A stretch of DNA of 64,000 nucleotides from Desulfatiglandales bacterium (GCA_963662465.1 OY759599.1:7232001-7296000); one strand, 5' to 3'. Shown: positions 51,844 to 61,914, numbered from the stretch's first letter. The notes: generated by a model not told the origin, from the sequence alone. Numbers and translations: made by a program.

Positions 51844-52266
51844 CTAGACATCTAATTCTATCTCGTTTTCTTTACACCATTCACGGAGTGCCTGCTCTTC
51901 CCGGCCGTTCTCGAAGCCGTACCATTTTTCCAGCAGACCTCTCCGTTCCAGTAGCGCTTTGTAGTTGGCATACGCCCCGCTGCGACGGAACATTTTTCGG
52001 ACACGCTCATAATCGTCCGGAAGGTATTCATCGACGAACTCAAAAACCAGATTCCGCCCGAGATCCAGATCGTTTTTGTGGGGAATTTCAACGCACTGAT
52101 CCCATATAAGATCATCTTCGTCTTCTATTTCGTTGATCCCGGCCATGTCCGAACGGTACAGAATCTTCCCGGTATCTTTGCACAGTACAGCGGCATTCAT
52201 CCCATACATTGCCGAAGCGACATACATGAAAGCATCTTCTACTTCTGAAAACAAAAACTTGGCCAT
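51844..52266 (-). CDS. UPF0158 family protein
   Basis: TGKI, GAY..YK, W..F.....L.EWC.EN.I. Confidence 0.75.
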   Translation of the reverse strand: MAKFLFSEVEDAFMYVASAMYGMNAAVLCKDTGKILYRSDMAGINEIEDEDDLIWDQCVEIPHKNDLDLGRNLVFEFVDEYLPDDYERVRKMFRRSGAYANYKALLERRGLLEKWYGFENGREEQALREWCKENEIELDV

Positions 52267-52284
52267 ATTTGTCTCCGGATAAGG

Positions 52285-52677
52285 TCAGTCCTCTATTCCC
52301 ATAAAATCCCTTCGAAAGGACTCTTTCAACTCTCCAACAATAGGCTCCAGTTCGGAAAGCGGAATGTTTTCAACGATAAGCCCTTGTTTTTTTGCCTCTT
52401 TTATGAATACCTTTTCCGCGGGGGAATCCTCTGTAACAATCAGCCTTTTGGCCCACTCCTTCTTTGCCGCCCATGCACTCTTAAAAAGGGCTTCAACATC
52501 TTCCCTTGAAGGTTTTTCATCAATGACACGGGAAACGGCATGCCCAAAAATGTACGTACTGGCAGCATCCACGAGCACGTAAAAATCATAGGGCTCATCC
52601 TTTACAAAAAGAAATTCCTCATTGGCCCTAAAAGCGATCCACGCCTCGTTCACACGAAAATCATCTGGTGAAAACAT
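52285..52677 (-). CDS. Hypothetical protein
   Basis: ATG 52677 with AGAGGA RBS just after the restored brxC stop. Confidence 0.6.
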   Translation of the reverse strand: MFSPDDFRVNEAWIAFRANEEFLFVKDEPYDFYVLVDAASTYIFGHAVSRVIDEKPSREDVEALFKSAWAAKKEWAKRLIVTEDSPAEKVFIKEAKKQGLIVENIPLSELEPIVGELKESFRRDFMGIED

Positions 52678-52767
52678 AACGTTACATTCCTCTTTTAACG
52701 AATTTTTATCCACTGGCCATCCTGAATGGCCCTGGCCAGCCTCTCCCTAAGTTTACTTAGAAATTTT

Positions 52768-52921
52768 GGCTCATCGTGGATTTGCGTGAGATTTGGCTTC
52801 TGAGCCGATTGTAGGTGCGACTTTAGTCGCACATTAAGCCTACCCTGTGCGACTAAAGTCGCACCTACAGCCCGAACCGAAACAACCCAAAGCGCGATTT
52901 CACGTTAATCCGCAATGAACC
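52768..52921. mobile_element. 154-bp ISL3-like MITE carrying a REP doublet
   Basis: Imperfect TIRs GGCTCATCGTGGATT / AATCCGCAATGAACC; 8-bp target duplication GAAATTTT (52760-52767, 52922-52929). Confidence 0.85.
52810..52869. repeat. GTAG-type REP doublet (perfect 24-bp inverted repeat, 12-nt spacer)
   Basis: TGTAGGTGCGACTTTAGTCGCACA ... TGTGCGACTAAAGTCGCACCTACA. Confidence 0.92.
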
Positions 52922-53356
52922 GAAATTTTTCAATATCATCTTCGGTTTCAAGGTATTTGGCGGCAACCAATTCAGCCGGCTTTACAATACACCGGGGCTT
53001 AACAGTACCTTTCGGCTTTTCAACCGGCGGTTCCGCGGCTGTCAGTTTCTTTACAGGAGGTTTATTGACAAACGCTTCGATTTTTTCAATCGCAGCATCA
53101 AGCGCCCTCACAGCTTCCTGTTCAGACTGGTTTAAGTGGGCAATGCTTTCCTGTCTTTGAGCCTGTTCCAACAGTTGCTCCAAGGGGTTGAGGCATTGCG
53201 CCCGGAAATTACCATCCGCGGAAACCGCATCCAGTTCATTTCTGGCCTCATCGAGCAATGCCGAAATCCTGACAGTGACTTTTTCCTGGCATTTCTGAAT
53301 CAACCCCTCATTCACTTCACCTTTAAACAGATTCTTGATTTGCATAAGTGCCTCGC

Positions 53357-53932
53357 CTATGGAATCAGTTTGAAGGCTCTGTAATAGTTGTTGCTTTTGA
53401 CTTTACCGAACAACCGAAGACTCTGACCATCGTATCGGCCCGGATAGAACATCACCAGAGGAGTCCGCCCCATGACCGTTTGAAGGTTGTTGAGGAGGTT
53501 ATGGGAACGAACCAGGGGCCAGACATTTCCAACCCCGGAAACCAATACCAAATCCTGTTCTTCCGGCTGTGCGACTTCCCCAAATATTTGTACCAGCTTT
53601 TCGGTTTTGAGAACTCCGGCAAGTGCTTTTTGAAGAGCGGTGTCCCCTTTAGTTTTTTGCATTTGAATGGACTTTTCCAAGAGATCGCGATTTTCCAGAT
53701 GGTCCAATACCAGATCGAAAAGGTTGATGTGCTTTACCTTCAATCCGAGCCGCCTTTTTGGAATATGGGCCATGAGAAATTGAATGTGGTCGCGGATGCG
53801 GATTTCCGCTTCGGGCGGGTAGTCAAAAATGTAAAATGCGATTTCATTCCCGAGGCCTTTTCCACCTAAGAATTCGGTAGAGGTGACTTTCGGGAGAATT
53901 TCATTTAAGCGTTGTGTCAATGAGTCGGTCAT
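53357..53932 (-). CDS. brxB: BREX protein BrxB (DUF1788)
   Basis: GLGNEIAFYIFDYPP, R.H.LLNNL, FYPG.YDGQ.L.LF, NYYRAF. Confidence 0.93.
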   Translation of the reverse strand: MTDSLTQRLNEILPKVTSTEFLGGKGLGNEIAFYIFDYPPEAEIRIRDHIQFLMAHIPKRRLGLKVKHINLFDLVLDHLENRDLLEKSIQMQKTKGDTALQKALAGVLKTEKLVQIFGEVAQPEEQDLVLVSGVGNVWPLVRSHNLLNNLQTVMGRTPLVMFYPGRYDGQSLRLFGKVKSNNYYRAFKLIP

Positions 53933-54531
53933 GGTGAAACCTGAATGCAACGGAGAGCATAATGCTCTTTGTGCGTCTCCAGATATTGAAGCACTTGGGT
54001 AGCGATCCGGACTGTCTGCAATTTCCTGTTACGAGTGTTTTCCAAAAAGCCCGCTTGGGCCAGGATCTGGAAGACGGATGATCGGAGGCGTTTTCTGGTG
54101 GATTCATTCCAGATGGGCATATGGGGATCACTTCCCCGGCAATCATCCAGGTATTCATTCCAAAGCCTGATGGCCAAAGTCGTTTTAAAAATGCGGTACT
54201 GCTCCCTGACCACTAAATCGAGAAAGTCCCCCAAAAGTGGGCTGTGCTTAGCGGCGGCAGCCAGTATGGCATGGGTAGCCACTTCTCCGGTTCCATCTCG
54301 GACCAGTTTCCAGAGATCGGTTTCCATGGTTTGAAGGCGTTTACGGATAAGCCGGGCAAGACGTCTTGCGGTTTCGGGACCCCGGGCCTGAAGTACATTT
54401 TGATCAAGGATCGCATTATTCCAAGCCTCTTTGTCAACATCTTGAAGAAGCAGATCAGCGATTAAACGACTCTCCGCCACTTTTAATGATCCTGCGGTGA
54501 TATCTGCCTTGTATTTCATCCCCATGGTCAT
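53929..54531 (-). CDS. brxA: BREX protein BrxA (DUF1819)
   Basis: Y.A.ITAGSL...ESR, N.LQ, W.EST; overlaps brxB. Confidence 0.9.
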   Translation of the reverse strand: MTMGMKYKADITAGSLKVAESRLIADLLLQDVDKEAWNNAILDQNVLQARGPETARRLARLIRKRLQTMETDLWKLVRDGTGEVATHAILAAAAKHSPLLGDFLDLVVREQYRIFKTTLAIRLWNEYLDDCRGSDPHMPIWNESTRKRLRSSVFQILAQAGFLENTRNRKLQTVRIATQVLQYLETHKEHYALRCIQVSP

Positions 54532-54596
54532 CTGCTTGGTTTCGTCTCTACTGAAGCCATTTATCGGACAAAAACGCCTGATGTGGTATCACGAAC

Positions 54597-56539
54597 GAGG
54601 GGTTTGCGCTGTGCTTAAGTCTCTGGTATCCTGGAGGGATTTGGCAGTGTCAAAAAAACATTACCCCAAAAAAAAGATGGGTGGGCATCCTGAAATCAAG
54701 CACTTAGCTAGATCGAGTCGGAATTTTCCATTTTTTCACCCCAAGCGAAAGAACTTGTCGGAATACCTTGATTTTAATACAAAATATTGTACAATGCCTT
54801 CATCAGATAACAGGATAGAGTGTTTCTTTAAATATTTGATGGAGGCCGAAACTTGGCAGCAGTGAGTCCGTTTCTTTTTTCGTGGAATGATGTCGAAGCA
54901 CGCTCGGATTTGGACCGTTTCTATCTGGTGCGCGATAATCTGCCTGATGAGAATATTGTAGCGGCACTTGAAAAGCGTCGCGGCAATGGGAGAGATGATT
55001 TTCCGATACGCGCAATGTGGAACGCGCTTATTGCGGGAGTCGTGTTCCAGCATGCATCCATTGAATCTTTGATTCGCGAATTGTCCAGGAATCCGGCGTT
55101 ATTAGAGGCATGCGGATTTGATATTCTGCCGAGGCAAAAAAAACCGGTAGCTGAACTGAGACGCAATGAGGAAACGGGCCGAATGGAAATCATACGGTCT
55201 GAGAGCGGAAATGCATATTTTTTGGTTCCAGGTAGTTGGAATTTCTCAAGATTTTTAAGGAGCGTCATAGAACTGGAAGAATATGGTAATATGGTCAGCG
55301 GCATGGTGCGTGGGCTTCGAGAATCCTTAATGACAGAACTCCCTGATTTTGGTTGTCATTTAGGGTATGACGGCAAGGCTATCAACAGTTATAGTACGGG
55401 ACAAGAAAGCCGGAAAACCGGTGAAACCTCCGATACGGATGCAGATTGGGGCAAGCATGAAACGAAAGGGACAGACAGTAAAACCGGAAAGCAGTGGACA
55501 AAAGTAAAAAGCTGGTTTGGATATGGCCTTCATTTGATCGCTGATACCCTATATGAAATTCCGGTGGCAGTTCATGTAACACCTGCCTCGCATTCGGAAC
55601 ACAAGGAACTGCGAAGCATGATCAAAGAAATTTTTGAGGAAACACCGCAGCTTGGCGAGCGCTGTGATGATTTTGTGGCGGACCGTGGTTTGGATTCCGG
55701 CAAAACTAAGGCTCAGCTGTTGGATGAATATGGGATTCGGCCCGGCATTGATACCCGTGAACTGTGGAGAGATGAAAAGAATGAGCCGGGATACGATCCT
55801 GCAAAACCGATCACACGACCTCTTTATCCTGACCGGGCAGATACCATTGTGTATACTGAGAAAGGGACAGTCCATTGTATTTGTCCGGCTACTGGAGAAC
55901 AGCGGGACATGGCTTTTTGTGGCTTTGAAAAAAATCGCAATACCCTGAAATATCGTTGTCCCGCAGCTGCAAACGGCTTTTCCTGTGAAGGATGTGGAGA
56001 GTGTTCATCTGCGGGGCAAGTTAATCCCGGAGATTATGGGCGAATTGTCAGAATAAATATCACTGAGGAAGATCGGCGAATCTTCACACCCATTCCCTAT
56101 GGTACGCAGGGTTGGGACCGAGCGTATAATCGGCGTTCTTCTTTGGAGAGAATCAACAGTCGGATCGATAATGATTTTGGTTTTGAGAAACATTACATAC
56201 GCGGCCAAGCCAAAATGCAAACAAGAGTTTGCTTGGCCACCGCCGTAATGATGGCAATGGCCCTTGGTCATGTAAGGGCTGGCCGTATTGAGCAAATGCG
56301 CTCCCTTGTACGGCCAATAGCCAGAGCCGCCTAATCCAATTTATTTAAAATAGTTATAAATAAATGATTTAATTTAAATTTAAAGGGATTAGCATGTCCA
56401 ATTATCGGGTTTTTGGGGTATGTCTTTGGAAACCATAATATTCTGCTGCCATGTCGCCCTCTCAGACCTCGCGCCCGCGTTTTTTTGGGGCCCAGAACAC
56501 CCCCGGTACGGCACAAAAACGGTACAGCGCAAACCTCTC
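54597..56539 (+). mobile_element. Insertion sequence (IS4/IS5/IS1182-like DDE)
   Basis: 18-bp TIRs GAGGGGTTTGCGCTGTGC / GTACAGCGCAAACCTCTC (16/18); 6-bp target duplication ACGAAC. Confidence 0.9.
54853..56334 (+). CDS. DDE transposase
   Basis: GR..FP..AM N-domain, D.DADWG, WFGY.LH, ADRGLD, Y..R...ER.NS. Confidence 0.9.
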   Translation: MAAVSPFLFSWNDVEARSDLDRFYLVRDNLPDENIVAALEKRRGNGRDDFPIRAMWNALIAGVVFQHASIESLIRELSRNPALLEACGFDILPRQKKPVAELRRNEETGRMEIIRSESGNAYFLVPGSWNFSRFLRSVIELEEYGNMVSGMVRGLRESLMTELPDFGCHLGYDGKAINSYSTGQESRKTGETSDTDADWGKHETKGTDSKTGKQWTKVKSWFGYGLHLIADTLYEIPVAVHVTPASHSEHKELRSMIKEIFEETPQLGERCDDFVADRGLDSGKTKAQLLDEYGIRPGIDTRELWRDEKNEPGYDPAKPITRPLYPDRADTIVYTEKGTVHCICPATGEQRDMAFCGFEKNRNTLKYRCPAAANGFSCEGCGECSSAGQVNPGDYGRIVRINITEEDRRIFTPIPYGTQGWDRAYNRRSSLERINSRIDNDFGFEKHYIRGQAKMQTRVCLATAVMMAMALGHVRAGRIEQMRSLVRPIARAA

Positions 56540-57406
56540 ACGAACCCTATGCTTGATGATATAGGTAATGCTTTTGGTATCGGTCGAAGTTCCGGTGGAC
56601 GACTCGGACAAGGTCAATGATTCATAGCCTGCTTCCGCCAGAAAGGCGGGTCGTCTTGGTCTGTTTTGCGCATGGGTCCACCTCACCTGTTGGGTTCCGG
56701 TTTGATCCGTATCCTCATTCAATGAAAGGAGGGCCGTGGGGTTGGGTAAATCCGTGAAATACCACCCGGCTTCCGCCAGGTCGGTCACCAGGTTATCAAA
56801 ATCCAAATCGATTTCCCCCAGAATTTCTAGAAAGTCACACAATGTCATGCCGTATTTGGACAGATAAACGTAGAGATTCTGAACGTCGTCCCCCTCTTCA
56901 GAATTCTCGATTAATGCATCCGCCTTTTCCAGGGTATCCAGGAAAGCCGTCAAATCGCCACATGCGGCATATCCTTCAAAGAATGCGATCAGGTTCTGCA
57001 ACGGAAGCTCGATGTGGTGAAGATACTGAACCAGTTCATAGGCATTCCTGGAGGGGTCATCGCTTTCTCCAACCGCCTCATCCCACGCCCACAAAAACCG
57101 ATCAATCGCTTCTTCTTCCAAAATGTCAAACTCCGGATCAGGAATGCCCGTTTCCTGACCCGGAGAAAACACAAGTCTTTCTTTGGGCAGAAGCAGCACG
57201 GCGACCGGTTTTCCATCAACCGCATCTTCCAATGTTTTCGATTCGAAAATGATCCGGGATGTCACCATGCCCATGGTTTCCATTGAAAGCACGTAGGTTT
57301 CTACGCTATCGTCCGTGGTGGGGCTGTCGGAGCAACCGGCCAATATGCCGGCAAAAAGGACAGCCCCCATCACAAAACGTTTGTCCGGCACGGCAAGGAT
57401 CGCCAT
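56462..57406 (-). CDS. Acidic lipoprotein, 3' end replaced by IS sequence
   Basis: Lipobox LAGC; last codons read into IS end; paralogous to upstream gene. Confidence 0.65.
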   Translation of the reverse strand: MAILAVPDKRFVMGAVLFAGILAGCSDSPTTDDSVETYVLSMETMGMVTSRIIFESKTLEDAVDGKPVAVLLLPKERLVFSPGQETGIPDPEFDILEEEAIDRFLWAWDEAVGESDDPSRNAYELVQYLHHIELPLQNLIAFFEGYAACGDLTAFLDTLEKADALIENSEEGDDVQNLYVYLSKYGMTLCDFLEILGEIDLDFDNLVTDLAEAGWYFTDLPNPTALLSLNEDTDQTGTQQVRWTHAQNRPRRPAFLAEAGYESLTLSESSTGTSTDTKSITYIIKHRVRERFALYRFCAVPGVFWAPKKRGREV

Positions 57407-57428
57407 ATGCGCTTCAAAACCCCGTTAA

Positions 57429-58936
57429 TCACTTACAGTGGGTTTCGCCGTATAGGTGATGCCGGTATCGCTTCGTGCCAGCCAGCCCGACGAGACCACG
57501 TGGGAACTCCCCCCCATTTGCGGACACGACACTGGCCTGAATGGTCACCTCCACTTTACCCACAGAGGCATCCTTTTCCGAAAGGCCGCTTCCTTCAGGT
57601 TCGATTTGGGTCATGGCGATACTGATGTCCAGGGTCTGCTTGAGGGTCGCCCAGGCATCATCGTTCATGACGTTCAGAGCCGGCATGGTCCGCCCATACC
57701 ATTTGGTACCTTTGTAGGTGGTAGAGGCCTGCCCGCCGTATTCACCGTACAGATGCCCGGTATAGTAGGCATACTTTCCCGTATACCAATGGTGGAAGGA
57801 AAGGGTGATGGGCAGCGGTTTGACCGTACAATCGGTGGGATAGTCCTTTGAGTCGGATTCATAGGAGCAATCCGGAAAATCGATGGGATTTTCGATGCAG
57901 GCGCCCGTACCCTCCCAGGGGAAGGGGGAATCGCAGGGAAACTTCATGTTGATGGCCGAAAAATCCCAATCCGATGATATGTTCACAGATCCATCCCAAT
58001 CCTTGACCAGGTCTTCCGCCAGTGTGGGCAACTCCAGCCCGACCACGCCCAGACTCTTGACGGCGTCACTGATCAATTGATCGCTGCTGTTGACAACCTT
58101 GCCGCCGGCCTTGATAACCTTGTTCACGTAAGTGAGCGCTTCGTCAACGGTCCACGCCGCCACAGTGGTGCCGGTACTTGCGGTTTCTACGCTGGAAAGG
58201 CCGAGCTTCCCTGAAAGGGCGGTCGCGGACAAGTCGTTTGTTGAATATGCCAATCCCAGGGTCAAATTGGTCATGTCCGTAAAATCGAGGTCATAATTCT
58301 CCATGAATTGGAGAAGACCTTCCATGCCTCCCTGTTCCTCGACCGCTTCCACAAAATCGCACATGCCGGCGCCGAAGAAGTTAAGATGCCGGAAAAACCT
58401 TAAAATTTCATGGCCCGATGCGCTATCCAGCGTGTCAATCCGCGCGAGAACTTCCATCATTTCAGTTAACGACATATGGCATTGCGCGTTCTTTTCGTGC
58501 ATGACGACCAGGTCCCCCAGCCCCAGTCCCGTGGAAAGGATATATTCTTTCAGCTCCTTTCCGTTTTGACCTTCGTCATCGGGACCGTCAATGGCGACAT
58601 CCCAATCCGATAGAAACGCCGAGATGTCCGTGTCCGTGACCGGCCTGAATTTTTTTTCATCAACGGGTGTCTGGGTTCCCTCGCTGTCTTCGTAATACGA
58701 ATTTCTGGGAACCAACACAACGTGGCCGTTTTCCAGATCCACGGCTTCAAAAACGCCCACCTAGCGAAAAGTCCCGTTATCCGCTTCCATGTTGTATATT
58801 GTTCACCGGCTTGAAGGTTGTTCAGATCCAGTGTCCCCGATGTGCTGCTGCTCGATGTACCGTCGCTACTGCTTGAACAGCCCAGGCACCCCAATGTTAA
58901 GAAAAACAGTCCGGTTAAAATCATTTTTCCCTTCAT
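57429..58936 (-). pseudogene. Acidic lipoprotein, disrupted near 58760-58800
   Basis: Signal/lipobox LGC and Ser linker in 58550..58957 frame; body in 57429..58760 frame preceded by TAG. Confidence 0.6.
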
Positions 58937-59085
58937 CTCTCTCCTTTTTTTCGTCAAGTCATATGGCGTTGAGTTTCCTGAGAGTATAGCATTTTTATTT
59001 GTAATTTCAAGTATTAATGTGGATTATCCTTGATTGTTATGAATCAACGAAATGATGTGACCAATCGACAAAAACAGGTGGCGAA

Positions 59086-59631
59086 TCAACAAAAACCGGT
59101 GATGAAATATGCACGAAAAGGAAGGTAGGAAGAGATTTTGAGGTAGCAGAGATCACCGAGAAGGGCATCGTGCAAGTAGATGTAATACTGCTTCACCGGC
59201 TTTCTGCAGTCATAGATTCGTTCATAGGGCTTTCCGGCTTTTGAAGTGAGTTGCCTGCAGGCAAATGTTCTAACTGGTTCTTTGTCCGTAAGGATGCAAA
59301 ACACATGGTTCCCTTTTCCTGTAAAGGCCTTGGCGTATTTTTGTTCCACGAATTTTGACTTTGCGCCGTCAGTGCCACCCCCTTCAGAGGGCCACCAGTG
59401 AATGGGGATATTGTTGTTCCGGGCTACCTTTTGAATATGACCATTGAGTTGGTCGGTTAGAATCCTCATTACACCGTTTGACAACCCTTTGAATCCGAGA
59501 GCCCTGAGGAGCCTGACAATGCCTGCTGGAGAAAAGAGGGAGAGAATGTAGCCTCGAATAATAACCCGATCGAAGCAGAAATATTTGAACTTGATATTTT
59601 CTGAGAATTGATTCAAAAATGAATTCTTCAT
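59086..59631 (-). pseudogene. Truncated putative transposase
   Basis: CFDRVIIRGY and QYYIY..D...G..YLKI..Y.PF motifs recalled from IS-like proteins several times longer; ends abruptly. Confidence 0.5.
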
Positions 59632-59714
59632 GGGTGTATCCTCCGGTGAGGGAATGTTAGCTAAACAATCCATACCGGATCACCCATGAAATTTCAAATC
59701 AAAGAATGGGATTT

Positions 59715-59833
59715 TAGGCAGGGGGTTAAGAGACTTCAGGATGGTCAGATGACGCCAAAAGCTTCATCAACTTTAATATCCGGGATTTGCCCCGGCCAAA
59801 AATATAACCATCATGTCATTAGCCCCCTGCCTA
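59715..59833. mobile_element. 119-bp MITE-like remnant
   Basis: TAGGCAGGGGGTTAA / TTAGCCCCCTGCCTA inverted repeat (14/15), TA at both ends. Confidence 0.6.
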
Positions 59834-59936
59834 CAGCCCTTTTCGGAACTTTAGTTTGGTAACCATTAGGGCCTGATAGCATGAAAATGAAATGCGATTC
59901 AAAACCTCAGAAAAATACTCTGAAGCAAAAGGGAGG

Positions 59937-60791
59937 ATGAAAAATAGCAGTATGGAAATCAATATCACTATTCTTTGTGACAACAATATCAGTAAATCAG
60001 GATTTGTGGGCGAACACGGCTTCGCATGCCTTGTTGAAAGAGGAGAAGAAAAATACCTCTTTGATACAGGCCCAGGAATGTCCCTGCCCATAAATCTTAA
60101 AAAGCTGAACAAGGATTTGAAAGGTTTGAACAGGGTATTTCTTAGTCACGGTCACTATGATCATACGGGTGGGCTTCTGTGGGTAACAGAGCAGCTCACC
60201 CAAACGGAAGTTGTCGCGCATCCTGAGGTGTTTTCCAGACATATGGTTATGGATTCATCGGCACCGGAGCATCCGCCGCGTTACATCGGGTGCCCGGTTT
60301 CGCAGGAAGAATTGGAGCGCCATGGTGCAGTCTTTAAGTTTGTTGACCAAACACGGGAGGTGGCCCCCGGCATTTGGTTCGTGACCAGTATTGACCGAAA
60401 CCCGGAAAAAACTCCCAAGGATAAGCGGTTGGTAGTACCCGAGGGAGAAGGCTTCGTGATGGACCCCATTAATGACGATGTATCGCTTCTCATAGAGACT
60501 GACGGGTCCCCGATCCTACTTTTGGGATGTGCCCATTCAGGGGTCCTGAATATCCTGGATTATGTCAGAAAAGAAATGGAAATCAAAAAGTTTCGTGCCA
60601 TTTTGGGAGGGACTCACCTGATGTTTTATGGCCCTGACGATCTCTCCCGTGCGATGGATGAGTTCGAGCGCTTTTCCGTCGAACTGGTTGGGGTATCCCA
60701 CTGCACGGGATTCGAAGCGGCCGTGGAACTCTCGAAGCGTTTTGAAAACCGTTTTGCAGCTGCGTCGGCAGGAAAGGTTTTTAACTTTTAG
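59937..60791 (+). CDS. MBL-fold metallo-hydrolase
   Basis: EHGF, LFDTG, SHGHYDHTGG, GCAHSG, GGTHL, SHCTG; start 59937 or 59952. Confidence 0.9.
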   Translation: MKNSSMEINITILCDNNISKSGFVGEHGFACLVERGEEKYLFDTGPGMSLPINLKKLNKDLKGLNRVFLSHGHYDHTGGLLWVTEQLTQTEVVAHPEVFSRHMVMDSSAPEHPPRYIGCPVSQEELERHGAVFKFVDQTREVAPGIWFVTSIDRNPEKTPKDKRLVVPEGEGFVMDPINDDVSLLIETDGSPILLLGCAHSGVLNILDYVRKEMEIKKFRAILGGTHLMFYGPDDLSRAMDEFERFSVELVGVSHCTGFEAAVELSKRFENRFAAASAGKVFNF

Positions 60792-60826
60792 TAAGCCAGG
60801 TTTGGAGGATTAGACGCAGAAAAAAA

Positions 60827-60859
60827 GCCTCCCCATCACCAGTAAAGTGATAGGGAGGC
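60827..60859. terminator. Hairpin terminator between convergent genes
   Basis: GCCTCCCCATCAC / GTGATAGGGAGGC. Confidence 0.65.
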
Positions 60860-60930
60860 ATTACATTTTTTAAAATGGGATTTTTTTTGATTACGAGAAA
60901 GGAAGTGTGAAGGGATTTCTGTGGTGGGAG

Positions 60931-61410
60931 TTAGTTTTTATGTTCAATCTCAATTTTTCTGGTAAAACGAAGCCCATAATCATATGGACAACCGTCAAGT
61001 CTGACGTCCGAAATTTCTTCTCCAATATCGATCAATCCATAATCTTCATCTGGAAGTTCTTCCAAGAATTCTTCCAATTCCCTGATTTGATCATCGCTGG
61101 AGCCATACCATTTGATCGACTCGAAATAGATTCCCTTAAGGGTTGGATATGTAATCGGGTCTACCTTCGCGGCTATTCCCATGTAGTTTTGAATCGTCCG
61201 GAGAGTTATGTAGGGGACTTCGCGTTCGACATAATCTTCAAAATTTTCCCCTCTCATTTTGACAATGGGTTTCAGGACCGAAAACAGCCCGCCCAATTCA
61301 AGCGAAATTTCCAACGCAGTTGCCCTACCTTTCAGCAGGGTTTGATGAGCAATCTCGATTTTCTCAAGGATTGCTTGTGCTGTTTCTTCTTGTAATTTCT
61401 CAATGGTCAT
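60931..61410 (-). CDS. Hypothetical protein, DUF3102-like
   Basis: LELG.L...K......GE.F..YV......RT.QNYM.IA resembles mobile-element DUF3102 proteins. Confidence 0.5.
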   Translation of the reverse strand: MTIEKLQEETAQAILEKIEIAHQTLLKGRATALEISLELGGLFSVLKPIVKMRGENFEDYVEREVPYITLRTIQNYMGIAAKVDPITYPTLKGIYFESIKWYGSSDDQIRELEEFLEELPDEDYGLIDIGEEISDVRLDGCPYDYGLRFTRKIEIEHKN

Positions 61411-61724
61411 CTTAAATCTCCTGTTATGTTTGATTTACGATTTACAAAAACATTGCTTGGCGGAAAGCTTGCATACCATGGTCATTTGTAACGGCATCAC
61501 CCCCTTCATGTTGAAAATTGAGTACAACCAAAATGCAGCCAGCGGGCATGAAGGCCTCTCTTCTTCTGTTTGGCCTGGAAAGGTCAAAAATGAACGAGAA
61601 CGGTCTGTCCATAAATTGTGGAATGTTGGTGCTCACGAAAAAAGGGATAATTTCTTGTGGATTGAATCTTGACCACGATGGCCGAACCTGTGGACGTGGG
61701 AAGGGTTAATGATCAGCTTTTCTC

Positions 61725-61744
61725 GTGTGAGAATCTGTGTGAGA
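61725..61744 (+). repeat. Putative integrase arm-binding site (right)
   Basis: GTGTGAGAATCTGTGTGAGA. Confidence 0.7.
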
Positions 61745-61860
61745 AAACTCTTCCAAAATCAGCAAAGACATGGGAAATCAGAGAAAATTGGAAAGATGTA
61801 AAGCCCCTAATTCCAACAACTTATGTTATTTGAGGAGGTTAGGAAACTCGGGGTTGCTGT

Positions 61861-61905
61861 CTGTTAACCACCTTGTCGGCGGTTCGAGTCCGTCCCGGGG
61901 AGCCA
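61861..61905 (+). repeat. attR: duplicated 3' 45 nt of tRNA-Asn
   Basis: Identical to 43039-43083. Confidence 0.95.
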
Positions 61906-61914
61906 GAATGTACC

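Larger units (their letters stand above)
52695..53345 (-). pseudogene. brxC: BREX P-loop ATPase BrxC remnant (large internal deletion plus MITE insertion)
   Basis: Follows brxB; MQIKNLFK start fused to C-terminal helical region; removing 52768..52929 restores ...LETEDDIEKFLSKLRERLARAIQDGQWIKIR*. Confidence 0.8.
43039..61905. mobile_element. Degraded genomic island integrated in tRNA-Asn
   Basis: Perfect 45-bp direct repeat 43039-43083 / 61861-61905; arm-like repeats; Xis-like gene; defence cargo. Confidence 0.9.

Noticed and set aside
43741..52713. Integron cassette array
   Set aside because: No intI and no attC-like GTTRRRY/RYYYAAC palindromes seen between genes
43702..52778. CACGATGAGCC inverted pair as ends of a 9-kb composite transposon
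   Set aside because: The 52768 copy is the left end of the 154-bp MITE, so the ends face away from the interval
61861..61905. Second tRNA-Asn gene
   Set aside because: Only the 3' 45 nt; no D-arm or 5' acceptor strand
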